Shown here in pieces: positions 14,231-25,260 of a DNA stretch of 64,000 nt. The stretch covers positions 113,522,001-113,586,000 of the forward strand of contig OX597816.1 in assembly GCA_951406725.2 (NCBI GenBank). The letters run 5' to 3'. Position 1 is the stretch's first letter; each line of letters starts with the position of its first letter. The notes under the pieces were generated by a model that had not been told where the DNA came from, ran no database searches, and worked only from the letters and a program-made list of their open reading frames with translations. A program made the translations under genes and the position numbers. This stretch comes from Octopus vulgaris. Its lineage: Eukaryota.

Positions 14231-15028
14231 TATTACCTATTTTTCTGTCTTTCACAACATTGTTTACATAGCTGTATGCATATACAAGATATTGTAACTT
14301 TCAGAGTTAGCTCTAAATTTTATAGACACTCTGTAGAGATAAACTTAGAAGTTTTATACAAAATTATGTATACTACAATGTATGTTAGAATATAAAGTAA
14401 TATATATATATGTGGGATTTTACCTACTAAATTTTACAAGCTAGAATAAAAGTTAGTCATAATTTCGTATAGTGACAGATTCTGGAGTAAAATGGAGCCA
14501 GGTGTTTTCTTATAACAGGAAAAAAGTATTTTAGCTCCTTTCAAGTAAATAGTTGACAAGTACAGCAATGGTCAGTATTTATCACTTTATCAAATTATTA
14601 TCTCTAAACACTAAATTTCATTTTTCTTCCTAATAATCTGTGTTTGAAGATAGAATTGTATTTTATAGTTGACATAGGAGTCTTTTGTGTTTGCTTCTTT
14701 GTTTCTGAATTTTGTATTTTGAATATACTTTTGTTTTGACTGTCACTATATCTATGGGTTTAGTTTTTTCTACAGCTTGCTGAAAATAGCACACTGCTTT
14801 GGATGTTCATTCTTGTTTATTGTGAAAGGACAGTCTGATCTGATGAAGGACTTATTCAAAATAATACATTTTGTACCTTTAATGGATAATAGTGATGATG
14901 CAATATGATAATTATATCTCACCAATGTACTACACCAGTAATAATGTATAGAAACAATTGTAGTGATTTGAAATAAAGAATGTCATTCAATTCATTTTCT
15001 TTTATTCATCTCTTTTCTTTTTTCTTTT

Positions 15029-15094
<66 letters not shown>

Positions 15095-15097
<3 letters not shown>

Positions 15098-16266
15098 GGC
15101 TGACCCAAAGAATGTATATACAATTTAATAGCTGATAACTCACCTAATTTTAATTTCATTTTATATGTAACACATTAGAAATTACAAAGCTTTTAACAAA
15201 GAAAATTTGTCTTTAAGTGTTACTCGAAGTTTGAAAATGCATTCAAAGTACAAAGATAGTTTAGGAGGGAGTTTTATACAGATTCACTTAATAAACTTAA
15301 CATCAATCGAATTGAAGATAAGATTGAAGTAGGACATGTTAAGAATGGCCACAAGAAATGTTCAATGAATCCTACAAAGCAACAAATTTTATCAGAAACA
15401 TACTGCCAGAGTTCAAGAAAACCTGTGTGGCAAGAGCATCATGAGATAGGAATTTCAAAATCAAGTGCTTTTATTATAAAAAGTACATTCCAAGAATAAT
15501 TTTGTTCTCAATGAGGATGATCCAGACCAAAGAGAGAAGTTTTGCAAATTATACTTTGTAAAATATGTAGAAGATGCACACTTTCCGTTGAAATTGTTTG
15601 GAGTGATGTGGCTAGTAAGAAGCTGAGAATCTACATATTATGGATGAACATAATGTTAATTTATCAGGATTTACTGTATAGTGCAGCTTGTCATCAAAAG
15701 GATTAAATGGACCATTCTTTTCTGATGGTACTGTGACTGGTCCCATTTACTTGAACTGGCTGTGATAATTTGTCATGCCTAGTTTTTAACAGTAATTTGA
15801 AGAGTGAAGTTGTATTTCCATCAGAACAGGGCACACCTACAGTATCATAGTAATGTAAGGGCCTTGTTGAGATTTTGCCAAATAGGTGGATTGATAAAAA
15901 GTTTCCATAGAATAACCTCCACATTCACTGAATCTCATACCACTAGATTTTGTTTATTTATGATGATACTTAAAAAATAATGTTTAGAATACAAAACTGG
16001 CTACAGTCAATGAACTGAGAGCAGCCATTGAATGAGAAAGAACAGAAATACTGAATGAAAGTTTCGTGATGTTTGTGATTCTATTGCTTTGTTTTATATG
16101 CAGTGCCTCAACCAGAATAGTTATCCATTTGAAAACAAGCATTCATAAAAAAAAAACAACTAAATTCTGCCTGTTGTTCCTATTAAATTTTGAAAATGAA
16201 ATGTATTTTAATAAACACTGATTTATAATCATTCAATGTGTGTATACATGCTTTTGAAACATCATA
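15095..16266 (+). mobile_element. Tc1/mariner-superfamily element, heavily decayed
   Basis: Remnant motifs LNEDDPDQREKF, IVWSD, GPFF, LPNRWI, PPHSLNLIPLDF, TVNELRAAI; imperfect TIRs (aaagaatgtatataca / tgtgtatacatgctttt). Confidence 0.7.
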
Positions 16267-16405
16267 TATACATATATATATATATAGTAGGTACTGCAAA
16301 TTTAGGGTGAATACTTGATAAGTGTAAGCACCTGGATACACCAGATAGTAGCAGAGGTGAGAGAGAATATATCAAATAAAATCAAAAACAGAACACAAAG
16401 GATAT

Positions 16406-16498
16406 TGCGGTACACGTGTTTCAAGCTTTATAAACAACCTGTTCTTACATCAGTGTATAATAGATATAAAAGATGGTTTAAAGCTCTCTTCAGCTGCA
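16406..16498 (-). ncRNA. Type I hammerhead ribozyme (left arm copy)
   Basis: Minus strand TGCAG-CTGAAGA-GAGCTTTA..TAAAGCTT-GAAA-CACGTG-TA-CCGCA; one stem I mismatch. Confidence 0.8.
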
Positions 16499-16892
16499 TA
16501 CATTGTTATTCCAAAGAGTTACATCACACCATAAAAAATATGGAAAGTACATGTAGTATTACCCATTATAATAGGTATATCATATCTCCTTGAGAAGGTG
16601 TATTTGTAAAATTTCGTAACTTTATAACTGTATAAGGGTTCATTGGATTTTGAAAATCTGTCCATACTGTATCACCAGTCAACATAGAGTCATTCTGTAA
16701 TTTTGCATTATTTTGGTGATACAGTATGGACAGATTTTCGAATTCCAATGGACCTTTATACAGTTATACAGTTACGAAATTTTACAAATACACTTTCTCA
16801 AGGAGATATGATATACCTATTATAATGGGTAATACTACATGTACTTTCCATATTTTTTATAGTGTGATGTAACTCTTTGGAATAACAATGTA

Positions 16893-16985
16893 TGCGGCTG
16901 AAGAGAGCTTTAAACCATCTTTTATATCTATTATATACTGATGTAAGAACAGGTTGTTTATAAAGCTTGAAACACGTGTACCGCA
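16893..16985 (+). ncRNA. Type I hammerhead ribozyme (right arm copy, intact core)
   Basis: TGCGG-CTGAAGA-GAGCTTTA..TAAAGCTT-GAAA-CACGTG-TA-CCGCA; predicted cleavage after GUA at 16980. Confidence 0.88.
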
Positions 16986-17265
16986 ATATCCTTTGTGTTC
17001 TGTTTTTGATTTTATTTGATATATATATATATATACACACATATATATATATACACATATACATACATATACATACATATATATATGCATATATATTTTG
17101 TCTGTAAAAAACATAAATCCAAAAGAAGAAGCAGACTCTGGGCCAACAGATTTTGGGATTTGATGATATGCCATAAAGCTAAACCCTTTATGGATGTGAA
17201 ACCTAACGTAATCCCATAGACCAGCTTTCCCCATTTTAATATGTATAAACACACACACACACATA

Positions 17266-19345
17266 CAGGCTGTGGTGAGTATATTGTTGTCTAAATTACA
17301 CAAAAATGAAAATAACACTGACATCTCATTTTAACATATATTTACCAAAATTATATAAAAGTATCTTGAAATATTAGGTTGTCAAATATGAAATTTGTAG
17401 AAAAGAAAAAAAAGTTTGTTAATGTTTTATAAATACAAGGAATAGTTTTATTCATCAAACTATGCACCCATATTGTCAATACACTTTTGCCATTTCAGCT
17501 GTAGCTTGTCCAACCTGGAATTGTAAAAGCCTGGCAATAAAAGCCTGGCAATAGAGCCAATAAAATTTTGGAAGTCCTGTTTTACAGCATCTTGGAATTA
17601 AATCTTTTTCCTATCAAAAAGTTATCCAAATTCTGGAAGAAGAGGTAGTCAGTAGGGGCAAGATCAGGTGAGTATGATGGATGATGGAGAACTTCCAACT
17701 CCAACTCCTGTAGTTTCGCCAATGTCATTTTTGCGATGTTTTGCAATAAAATAGGAGTGGATCTGTTGAGTAATTTAAGCTGGTTTTTTTGTTTTGTAAG
17801 TTTCTGTATCATTTGGTCCAGTTGGCTGCAGTATGCTTTGGCCATGATTGATGAGGCAGGTTTAATGAAATCATAATGGATCACGCCTGTGCCACACCAC
17901 CAAACACACACCATCAGCTTCTTTTGATGAAGTTTGCTTTTTGGACTGTTTTGGTAGCTCGTCTTTGTCCAACCATTGTACTGAACATTTACAGTTGTTG
18001 TACTAGATCCATTTCTTGTCACATGTTACAATTCGATTCTAAAATGATTCATTTTTGTGATGAGAAAGTAGCATAATGCAAGGTTCCAAACGTTGCTGTT
18101 TCTGATTTTTATTGAGTTCATGTGGAACCCACTTATCCAACTTTTTCACTTTACCGATTTGAACTAGGTGAGTCAATATTGTTTGCTTGCAAACACCAAA
18201 CAACAACGATAATTCACGGGGACTTTGAGATGGATCTGACTCAACAATGGCTTTCAGTTCGTCATTATCCACCTTTCTTTCTGGTCAACCGCATTGCTCT
18301 TTTGTGAGGTCAAAGTTACCAGAACGAAATTTTGCAAACCAATTTGATACTGTCTGCTGTGTAATAACATTAGAATGTAATACTCCATTTATATTCTGAG
18401 CTGTCTGTGATGCTGTATTTCCAAGAAAGAACTCTAAATGAAAATAACAAAAAATGATATATAAATACTTTATAAAGTACAAAATCAGTTAGAATAAAGA
18501 AACAGATGTGTCAGCTTTCTAACCAAAAGTAAAGATTGTCAAAATATAATAATGACACAAAATGAGCAGCTGTCAAAGTTTACCAAATTTCATACATGAT
18601 GACCTAATACTAAAGAGTAAATTCATTCAATAAAATTGCCATTGGCTTCAATCATGGCCTCCAGATGACTTTGGAATCTCCTGCTACTCTTCTGGATGGT
18701 CTCCTTGTTTAAGTTGGTGAATGCTGCCATAATCCTTGCCTTCAGTTCATCTCTGGTATTACAAGGAGTTTTGTTGATCTCTCACTTAACTGTGCCTCAC
18801 ACAAGGTGGGGTTGCAGTCTGGAGAGTTAAGTAGCAAGATGTTAGGGGTGATGTGATTGCAGAAATTGTCTGACAGCCATGACTGGGTTCTCCTGCTTGT
18901 GTAACATGGTGTAGAGTCCTGTTGCCAGACACAAAGTCTTCCAGCTGTGACCAAGGGCAGCACTACCTCCTGCTGGCACTTGATGTAGGCCTTTGTGTTG
19001 AGTTTGAAGCCGTGTGGGAAGATGAATGGAGGCATAACATCGTCATCACTACTGATCACTCCAAACACCATGATGTTGACTAGATGTTTGATTTTTATCA
19101 CTCTTGGTATATGTTTTGGGGACACAGTAAGATAACAGATGTTCTGTGTGTTCACCATCTGAATGCCAAGCAGTACAGCATGTTGTTTCCAAATTTCTGG
19201 CAGCATGAATTGCGCTATGGTGCTGTTTTTCTCATAGATCATGCCCAACTGACCTTACTATTCTGTGAAGTTGACAAAATCAAAAACAATGTGTATGTGT
19301 GAAATTAAAAATATAAAATGGTGACAATTTACCCACCACACCCTG
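17266..19345 (-). mobile_element. Tc1/maT-like DNA transposon (internally deleted), interrupted by a mariner
   Basis: TIRs caggctgtggtgagtatattgt (17266) and acaatttacccaccacaccctg (ending 19345); ORF 18742-19248 has MVFGVISSD..MPPFIF, WQQDS.P, NSPDCNP. Confidence 0.85.
17374..18607 (-). mobile_element. Full-length mariner element, ~1.23 kb, transposase pseudogene
   Basis: TIRs ttaggttgtcaaatatgaaatttg / caaatttcatacatgatgacctaa, TA on both sides, WVPHEL and YSPDLAPTDY motifs, frameshifts. Confidence 0.93.
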
Positions 19346-19364
19346 CATATATATATATATATAT

Positions 19365-20975
19365 GAATGAAAAATGGAGTTAACGCAGGTTTAAACAAGT
19401 ATTTTTACTTTCTACATATGTTTAAAAAATTCCACTGATACTTATTCAAAAGAATAAAAGGTATAAACAATGCAATCTTCTCTTCGGGAAAGTGAAAAAA
19501 CGAAACTTGTCAATACGACATTTTAGCAAAGAATGATGGATTCATATAGCGATAGACAGAACGCTATTAATATCGTTTAAAAAAAACGTTATATGATATA
19601 ACGTCATAAGTAGCTAACAGAAAGAGTAGGGATATTAATAGTGAATGTTAAATATAAAGGAAATTAAAGTCTAAACTATATATAATGATAGAGACTACTT
19701 ATATGCACTAAAAGTATGTTTCTGCCAATGCTTACATCTGTATGCTCGTTCTATAACCGTGTTTACTAGAGTATTTTTAGAAAAAAATAATGAAAAATAG
19801 CTCAGAATTGCAGAGAAGACAGAATTTCTTGCCTTTGTCATATGATATCGAAATTGAGAGGATCAACCATTCTAAATGAAATTGTTCATTGTGGTCTTTT
19901 AAATCCCAAATCAGTTTGCTGAGACCGGTACTATTCCGTTTATTTCTATCCCTAAATGTTGAGTAATGGATAGAAATTCTCTTAGATAACTCTAACGATG
20001 TGCTTCCAATGTAAAATCGTACTTTATTACGAGTACTGATTATACACTGGTATATAGAATTTTTAATCTTAGAGTTACTTGACATAAATTTAATTCTATT
20101 GGGATTGACTTCAGATACAATAACCTTGTTATTAATATTTCTAGAGGGTTGGATGGTAGTAGCTAAATTAATGTTAGTATTAGTAAATGTATTAATATTT
20201 AACAGTTTGTTATTATGAGAAGATATAATTTGCAAGAGATTTTTTGTGTTTGAAAAACCTATCCTAACCTTATGTGAATTAATTATAGAGTAATATCTAG
20301 AATTATTTGGAAAATTCCTAGCAATAGCTTGACGAAACAGCAGTGGGAGATTAGATTTAATTTGTCTCCCGTAAGGAATTATTAACCAAATATTTTTACC
20401 AGTATTCATAGCGTAATTACTTTTGAAGGTGTTATATTTACTTTTAGATCGGTAATAGGGGAATAAATAAGGGTTATCTGCCTTCATTCGCTTTGTATCG
20501 GTGCGTAAGTTATGTTTGTTATCAATAATTCTTTTACGACTAGAAATCTTATCTACATTATTGAATTTACAATTAGACTGAGCAGAATCAATGTAGAAAA
20601 TTTTTTCTGTATAACCTGCTTTGATTAAGGCAGAGTTATAGAATTCAGCGTTATTATTGAAAATATCAACATTAGCAGATAATTTAGATAATCTAAATGA
20701 AATATTCTTAACTAAATTCTTAGTAATTGCTCCAGGATGATTACTAAATTTGCTAATGTACTTAAGATTGGTCAACGGTTTATGATATGGGAAGTAAGAG
20801 TCACTGTGTAAATTAAGCGTAATATCTAAAAAGTTGGCCTTCGTCAGATCGTCATCAAAAACGATTTTTAAGCCCATTCTACTGAAAAAATTAACTAAAC
20901 TGTTCTTAACTTTTTGTACCTTTTGGTTGGAAACATTTTGGAGGTAAAGTAAACAATCATCACGATATATATATA
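19365..20975 (-). mobile_element. Penelope-like retroelement (Naiad-like), 5' truncated: RT C-terminal half plus GIY-YIG endonuclease
   Basis: 401 aa ORF with YRDD, NFLDITLNL, PYHKP, SNHP, SIYQC..FYIGST, STGLSK..W.LK and C-terminal CLLC. Confidence 0.9.
19407..19493 (-). ncRNA. Hammerhead-fold motif in the 3' UTR of a PLE, core variant or decayed
   Basis: ACTTTC-CCGAAGA-GAAGATT..long hairpin..AATTTTT-TAAA-CATATG-TA-GAAAGT; perfect 6 bp stem I, but U4C and G12U substitutions. Confidence 0.65.
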
Positions 20976-21060
20976 CATACACTTATCCTGTACATTTTCT
21001 TAAAATAACTCTTTGCTATAACCCTATAAATGACCTTTCATGTTGGTGATTGCACCCACC

Positions 21061-21134
21061 CTTTCCCACCCCACCACCAATATGGGAATATCTCTTTCCC
21101 ACCCCACCACCAATATGGGAATATCTCTTTCCCC
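21061..21134. repeat. 33 bp tandem duplication
   Basis: ctttcccaccccaccaccaatatgggaatatct repeated twice. Confidence 0.9.
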
Positions 21135-21479
21135 CCTCTCTCTCTCTCTTTCTTTCTCCCTTTCTCTTTCCCTCTCTCTCTCACCAGAAAACTTTCACTT
21201 ACTGGACATCCAGTTGCCCCTCCCCTTTCTCCTCTTCTATTGCTGCCCTCTCCTCTCTCTCCACCTGTCCTTAGACTAACTAAACTAGATAGTAGCCCAC
21301 TTACTTTCTTTTTCTTCTTTTTGCAGCATTAGTAACGCTTCTCCCACAAGGCTCATAGTGCTTATATTTACAGTGCCCCAAACACTTTCATATACAATGC
21401 TTCCTCACTACCCCCCCCCCAGTAGAGGTAACTACCTTAACAACTCTAACATGTCTGAATGACGGTAGATTAAAAGCAA

Positions 21480-24400
21480 GAACAACTATTATGACGCTTG
21501 TTACCAAACATTCATGGGATCCTTCTTTACAGGTACTGAATAACATCTCTCCTTCCTGTGTTACCTCCCATATCTCTTTCCCAGTTTTCAGAGTTAGCAC
21601 TCTAAATGTAGGCACATTGAAAGGTAGATCTAGCAAGATTGTAGAGATGCTTGAATGGAGACATGTTGATGGATGTTGTGTACAAGAGGTAAGATGGAGA
21701 GGAGCTTCAACCAGAGTCCTCACAGGTAAAGCACATAGGTATAAACTCTTCTGGGAAGGCAATAGTGATGGAATAGGAGGTGTGAGCATACTTCTTGCAG
21801 AGAAATGGGTGGATAAGGTTGTAGAGATTGTGAGGATGTGCAATAGAGTACGTAATCTCAGGCTAGTCTTGCAGTATGGTATAGCTACAATTATATCTGC
21901 CTATGCCCCACCAGCAGGCCTACTAAATGAACAGAAGGATCACTTTTATGATATTCTTCTGCAGGCTTCCTCAAAGACGAGTGATAATGGTCTCATCTTT
22001 GTGGCTGAAGATTTTAATGGGCATGTCAGACAGCAACCTGGTATCTTCCATGGTGTACATGGGGGCCATGGAGTTGGTACCAGAAATGAAGAGGGAACTA
22101 GGCTCCTGGAGTTCTGCAATGCAAATAACCTATTGATCTGCAACACAAAATTCAGGAAGCCAGCTAGCCACCTGATAACCTATCAATCAGCTTACTCTGC
22201 TAGTCAGATAGAGTTCATTCTCACCAGACAGCAGGATGCATGGTTACTCTTTAAATACAAAGACCCTCCCTGGTGAAGAATGTACCCTCCAACATAAAAA
22301 TGTGCCCTTTTAAAGCCTAGCCAGGCTCATGGGCCTGGTTTCCTGGTTTCTGTGGTGTATGTGTTCCCTAGCTGGATGGGATGCCAGTCCATCACAGCGT
22401 TACTCATTTTTGCCAGCTGAGTGGACTGAAGCAATGTGAAATGAAGTGTTTTGCTCAAGAACACAATGTGTCACCCGGTCCAGGAATCGAAACCACAATC
22501 TTACGATCATGGTGCTGACACCCTAACCACTAAGCCATGCACCTCTACACCCTCCAACATAGACTAGTTATTATTGACTTTAGACTCAAGGCCAGAAGGA
22601 TGCTAAAAACCAGACCAATCTGGAAAAGAAGGACTTGGAAGCTTAGGAACCCTTCACATGGTCAGAGATTTAGGGATATCTTTACCGAGAAATTTGATGA
22701 TAGGGAGGAGGAGCTTCAGTCCTGTGACATAGAAGGCAAGCTGGGAATTCCTGCGAAACAGCTTGCTGAGTGCCACAGACCAAATCTGTGGCTGGTGCAA
22801 AGTCCCTTCCAGACCTTGGGTAACATGATGGTGGAACAATACTGTAGACAGGGCTATTAGAGCAAAGAAATAGGCCTGGAAGAGTGAGGGTAGGAGGAGA
22901 ATGTATCAGATAGCCAAAAGGGAAGCTAAGACTCATGTATATATAGCCAAGGGAGTAGCAGAAAAGAAGAAGTTTGCCAATGTTCAGGGATGTGTGAACC
23001 AGAGAACTAAAGTATTTCAGATTGCAAGACAGTGTGTGAGAGAAAACCGTGATAGAAGAGAAATGTGTCCACATGGATGATGGTGCCCTAGCATTTAATG
23101 ATTCTGCAAAGAAAAAGGCTTGGAGAAGCCATTATGAAAGACTGCTGAATGTGGAGAATGAATGGGAGGAGGAGAGTCTGCCAAAGGTTGACCCAATTGA
23201 GGGACCAGCTACCCGAATCAACAGTACCCAGGTAGATAAAGCAATTAAGGATGTGAAGACAAGGAAAGCACTTGGCCCATCAGGAATCACTGCTGGGATG
23301 CTTAAAATATTGGACAGTGTGGGTTATGGTCTTGTCATCCACATTGTAAATCAGGTAGTTCATGATAGAGTCATTCCCAAAGACTAGTGTAGCAGTACCA
23401 TAGTCAACTGCTTTAGATAGAAATAACTACAAGGGTATCAAATTATTGGGTCAGGTGATGAAAGTTACAGGGAGGGTCATAGCCCAACTAATTATGAAGA
23501 AAGTTAACCTAGATGAGATGCAGTTTGGTTTTGTGCCAGGCAGAAGCACTACTGATGCTATATTTCTGGTGAGGCAACTGCAGGAGAAATACCTAGCCAA
23601 AGATAAACCTTTGTACTTGGCTTTTGTTGACTTGGAGAAAAGCTTTGACAGGGTTCCCTGATCCCTTATCTTGTGGTCAATGCAGAAACTGGAGACAGGT
23701 GAGTAAGATAAATGGTAAGAACTGTACAAGCTCTGTACAGGGACACTGTCAGTAAGGTGAGGGTTGACAATGAGTATAGTGAAGAATTCCGAGTAGAAGT
23801 AGGGGTTCACCAACGATCAGTCCTCAGCTTCCTCTTATTCATTATAGTCTGTCAGGCAATAACAGAGGAATTCAAGACAGGCTGTCCCCGGGAGCTCCTC
23901 CATGCTGATGACTTTGCACTAATAGCTGAGTCACTGCCAGAACTAGAGACGAAGTTTAGGGCGTGGAAGCAAGGTCTAGAATTGAAGGGCCTTAGGGTTA
24001 ACCTAGCCAAAACCAAAGTCTTAGTGAGTAGGAAGTCTGTCAAATCACAACCCACTTCAAGTACATGGCCCTGCTTGATCTGTAGAAAAGGCATGGGTAG
24101 AAACTCCATATGATGTACCTGGCGTGAGCTATGGACACATAAAAGGTGAAGCAATATCAAAGGAAAATAGTTTTTGAGTGTGGCAGATGCGCTGGTGCAA
24201 TAAACACTGAAGATGTACAGAAAGCAGTTTCCATCACATGCCAGTGGAGGAAACTAGAAGTAGTTAATAGCTCCTGCTACCTAGGCAACCAAGTCTGTAG
24301 TGGGGGTGGTTGCTCTGAGAGTGTAGTGACTAGAGTAAGAATAGCGTGGGCAAAGTTCAAGGAGCTCCTACCACTGCTGGCAACTAAGGGCCTCTTGCTC

Positions 24401-25260
24401 AGGGCGAAAGGCAGACTATATGATGTATGTGTGTGAACTGCCATGCTACACGGCAGTGAAGCATGGGCCATGAATGCTGAGGACATGCATAGGTTTGAAA
24501 GAAATGAAACTAGTATGATCCGCTGGATGTGTGATGTCAGTGTACATGCACAACAGAGTGTAAGTGCCCTGAAAGAAAAGTTGGGCATAAGAAGCATCAA
24601 ATGTGGTGTGCAAGAGAGGTGTCTGTGCTGGTATGGTCATGTGTTACATATGAATGCAGACAGCTGTGTGAGAAAGTGCCACTCCCTATCTGTAGAAGGA
24701 ACCTGTGGAAAAGCTAGACCCAAGAAGACATGGGATGAGGTGGTGAAGTATGACCTTTGAACATTAGGCCTCACAGAGGCAATGACAGAGACCAGGACTT
24801 TTGGAGATATGCTGTGATTGAGAAGACCTGGCAACTAAAGTGAGATCGCAGCCACACACATCCAGCCCTGTTTAGAATACTCCCGATGCATCAGATGATA
24901 TGATATGTTTGAGAAGACCTGTTGAGTCAAGTAAAACCAATATTGTAGCTGGGGCTGGTGCCCACTCACTGGCTCCCATGCTGATGAGACGTAAAAAGCA
25001 CCGTCTGAACGTGGTCAATGCTAGGTCTGTCTTACTGGCTCCGGTGCTGGTGATGCATAAAAAGTACCAATCGATCGTAACCAATGTCAGTACCCGCTAC
25101 TGGCCTCTGTGCTGGTGTCATATAAAAAGCACCATCTGAACATGATCATTGCTAGGCCTGCCTTACTGGCCCCTGTGCCAGTGGTACATAAAAAGCACCC
25201 ACTACACACTTGGAGTGGTTGGTGTTAGGAAGGGTATCCAGCTGTAGAAACTCTGCCAGA
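21480..25260 (+). mobile_element. RTE-clade LINE, near full length, decayed (APE endonuclease, RT, Cys-rich finger, 3' UTR)
   Basis: LNVGTL, VQE, SAYAP, DFNGH, NEEG.RLLEFC; QFGFVPGRSTTDAIF, FVDLEKSFDRVP, GVHQ.SVLS, HADD; WPCLICRKG..NSI; GKARPKKTW; stops and frameshifts. Confidence 0.93.
22297..22548 (-). mobile_element. SINE family 3 inserted into the RTE with a 13 bp target-site duplication
   Basis: TSD ACCCTCCAACATA at 22284-22296 and 22549-22561; A box TGGCTTAGTGG and B box GTTTCGATTCC on the minus strand. Confidence 0.92.

Larger units (their letters stand above)
16367..17024. repeat. Long fold-back inverted repeat, 311 bp arms with a 36 bp spacer
   Basis: Arms 16367-16677 and 16714-17024 are reverse complements without indels; 9 mismatches counted by hand (~97%). 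Confidence 0.97.

Noticed and set aside
14839-14870. CTGATGA motif
   Set aside because: No stem II or GAAA follows
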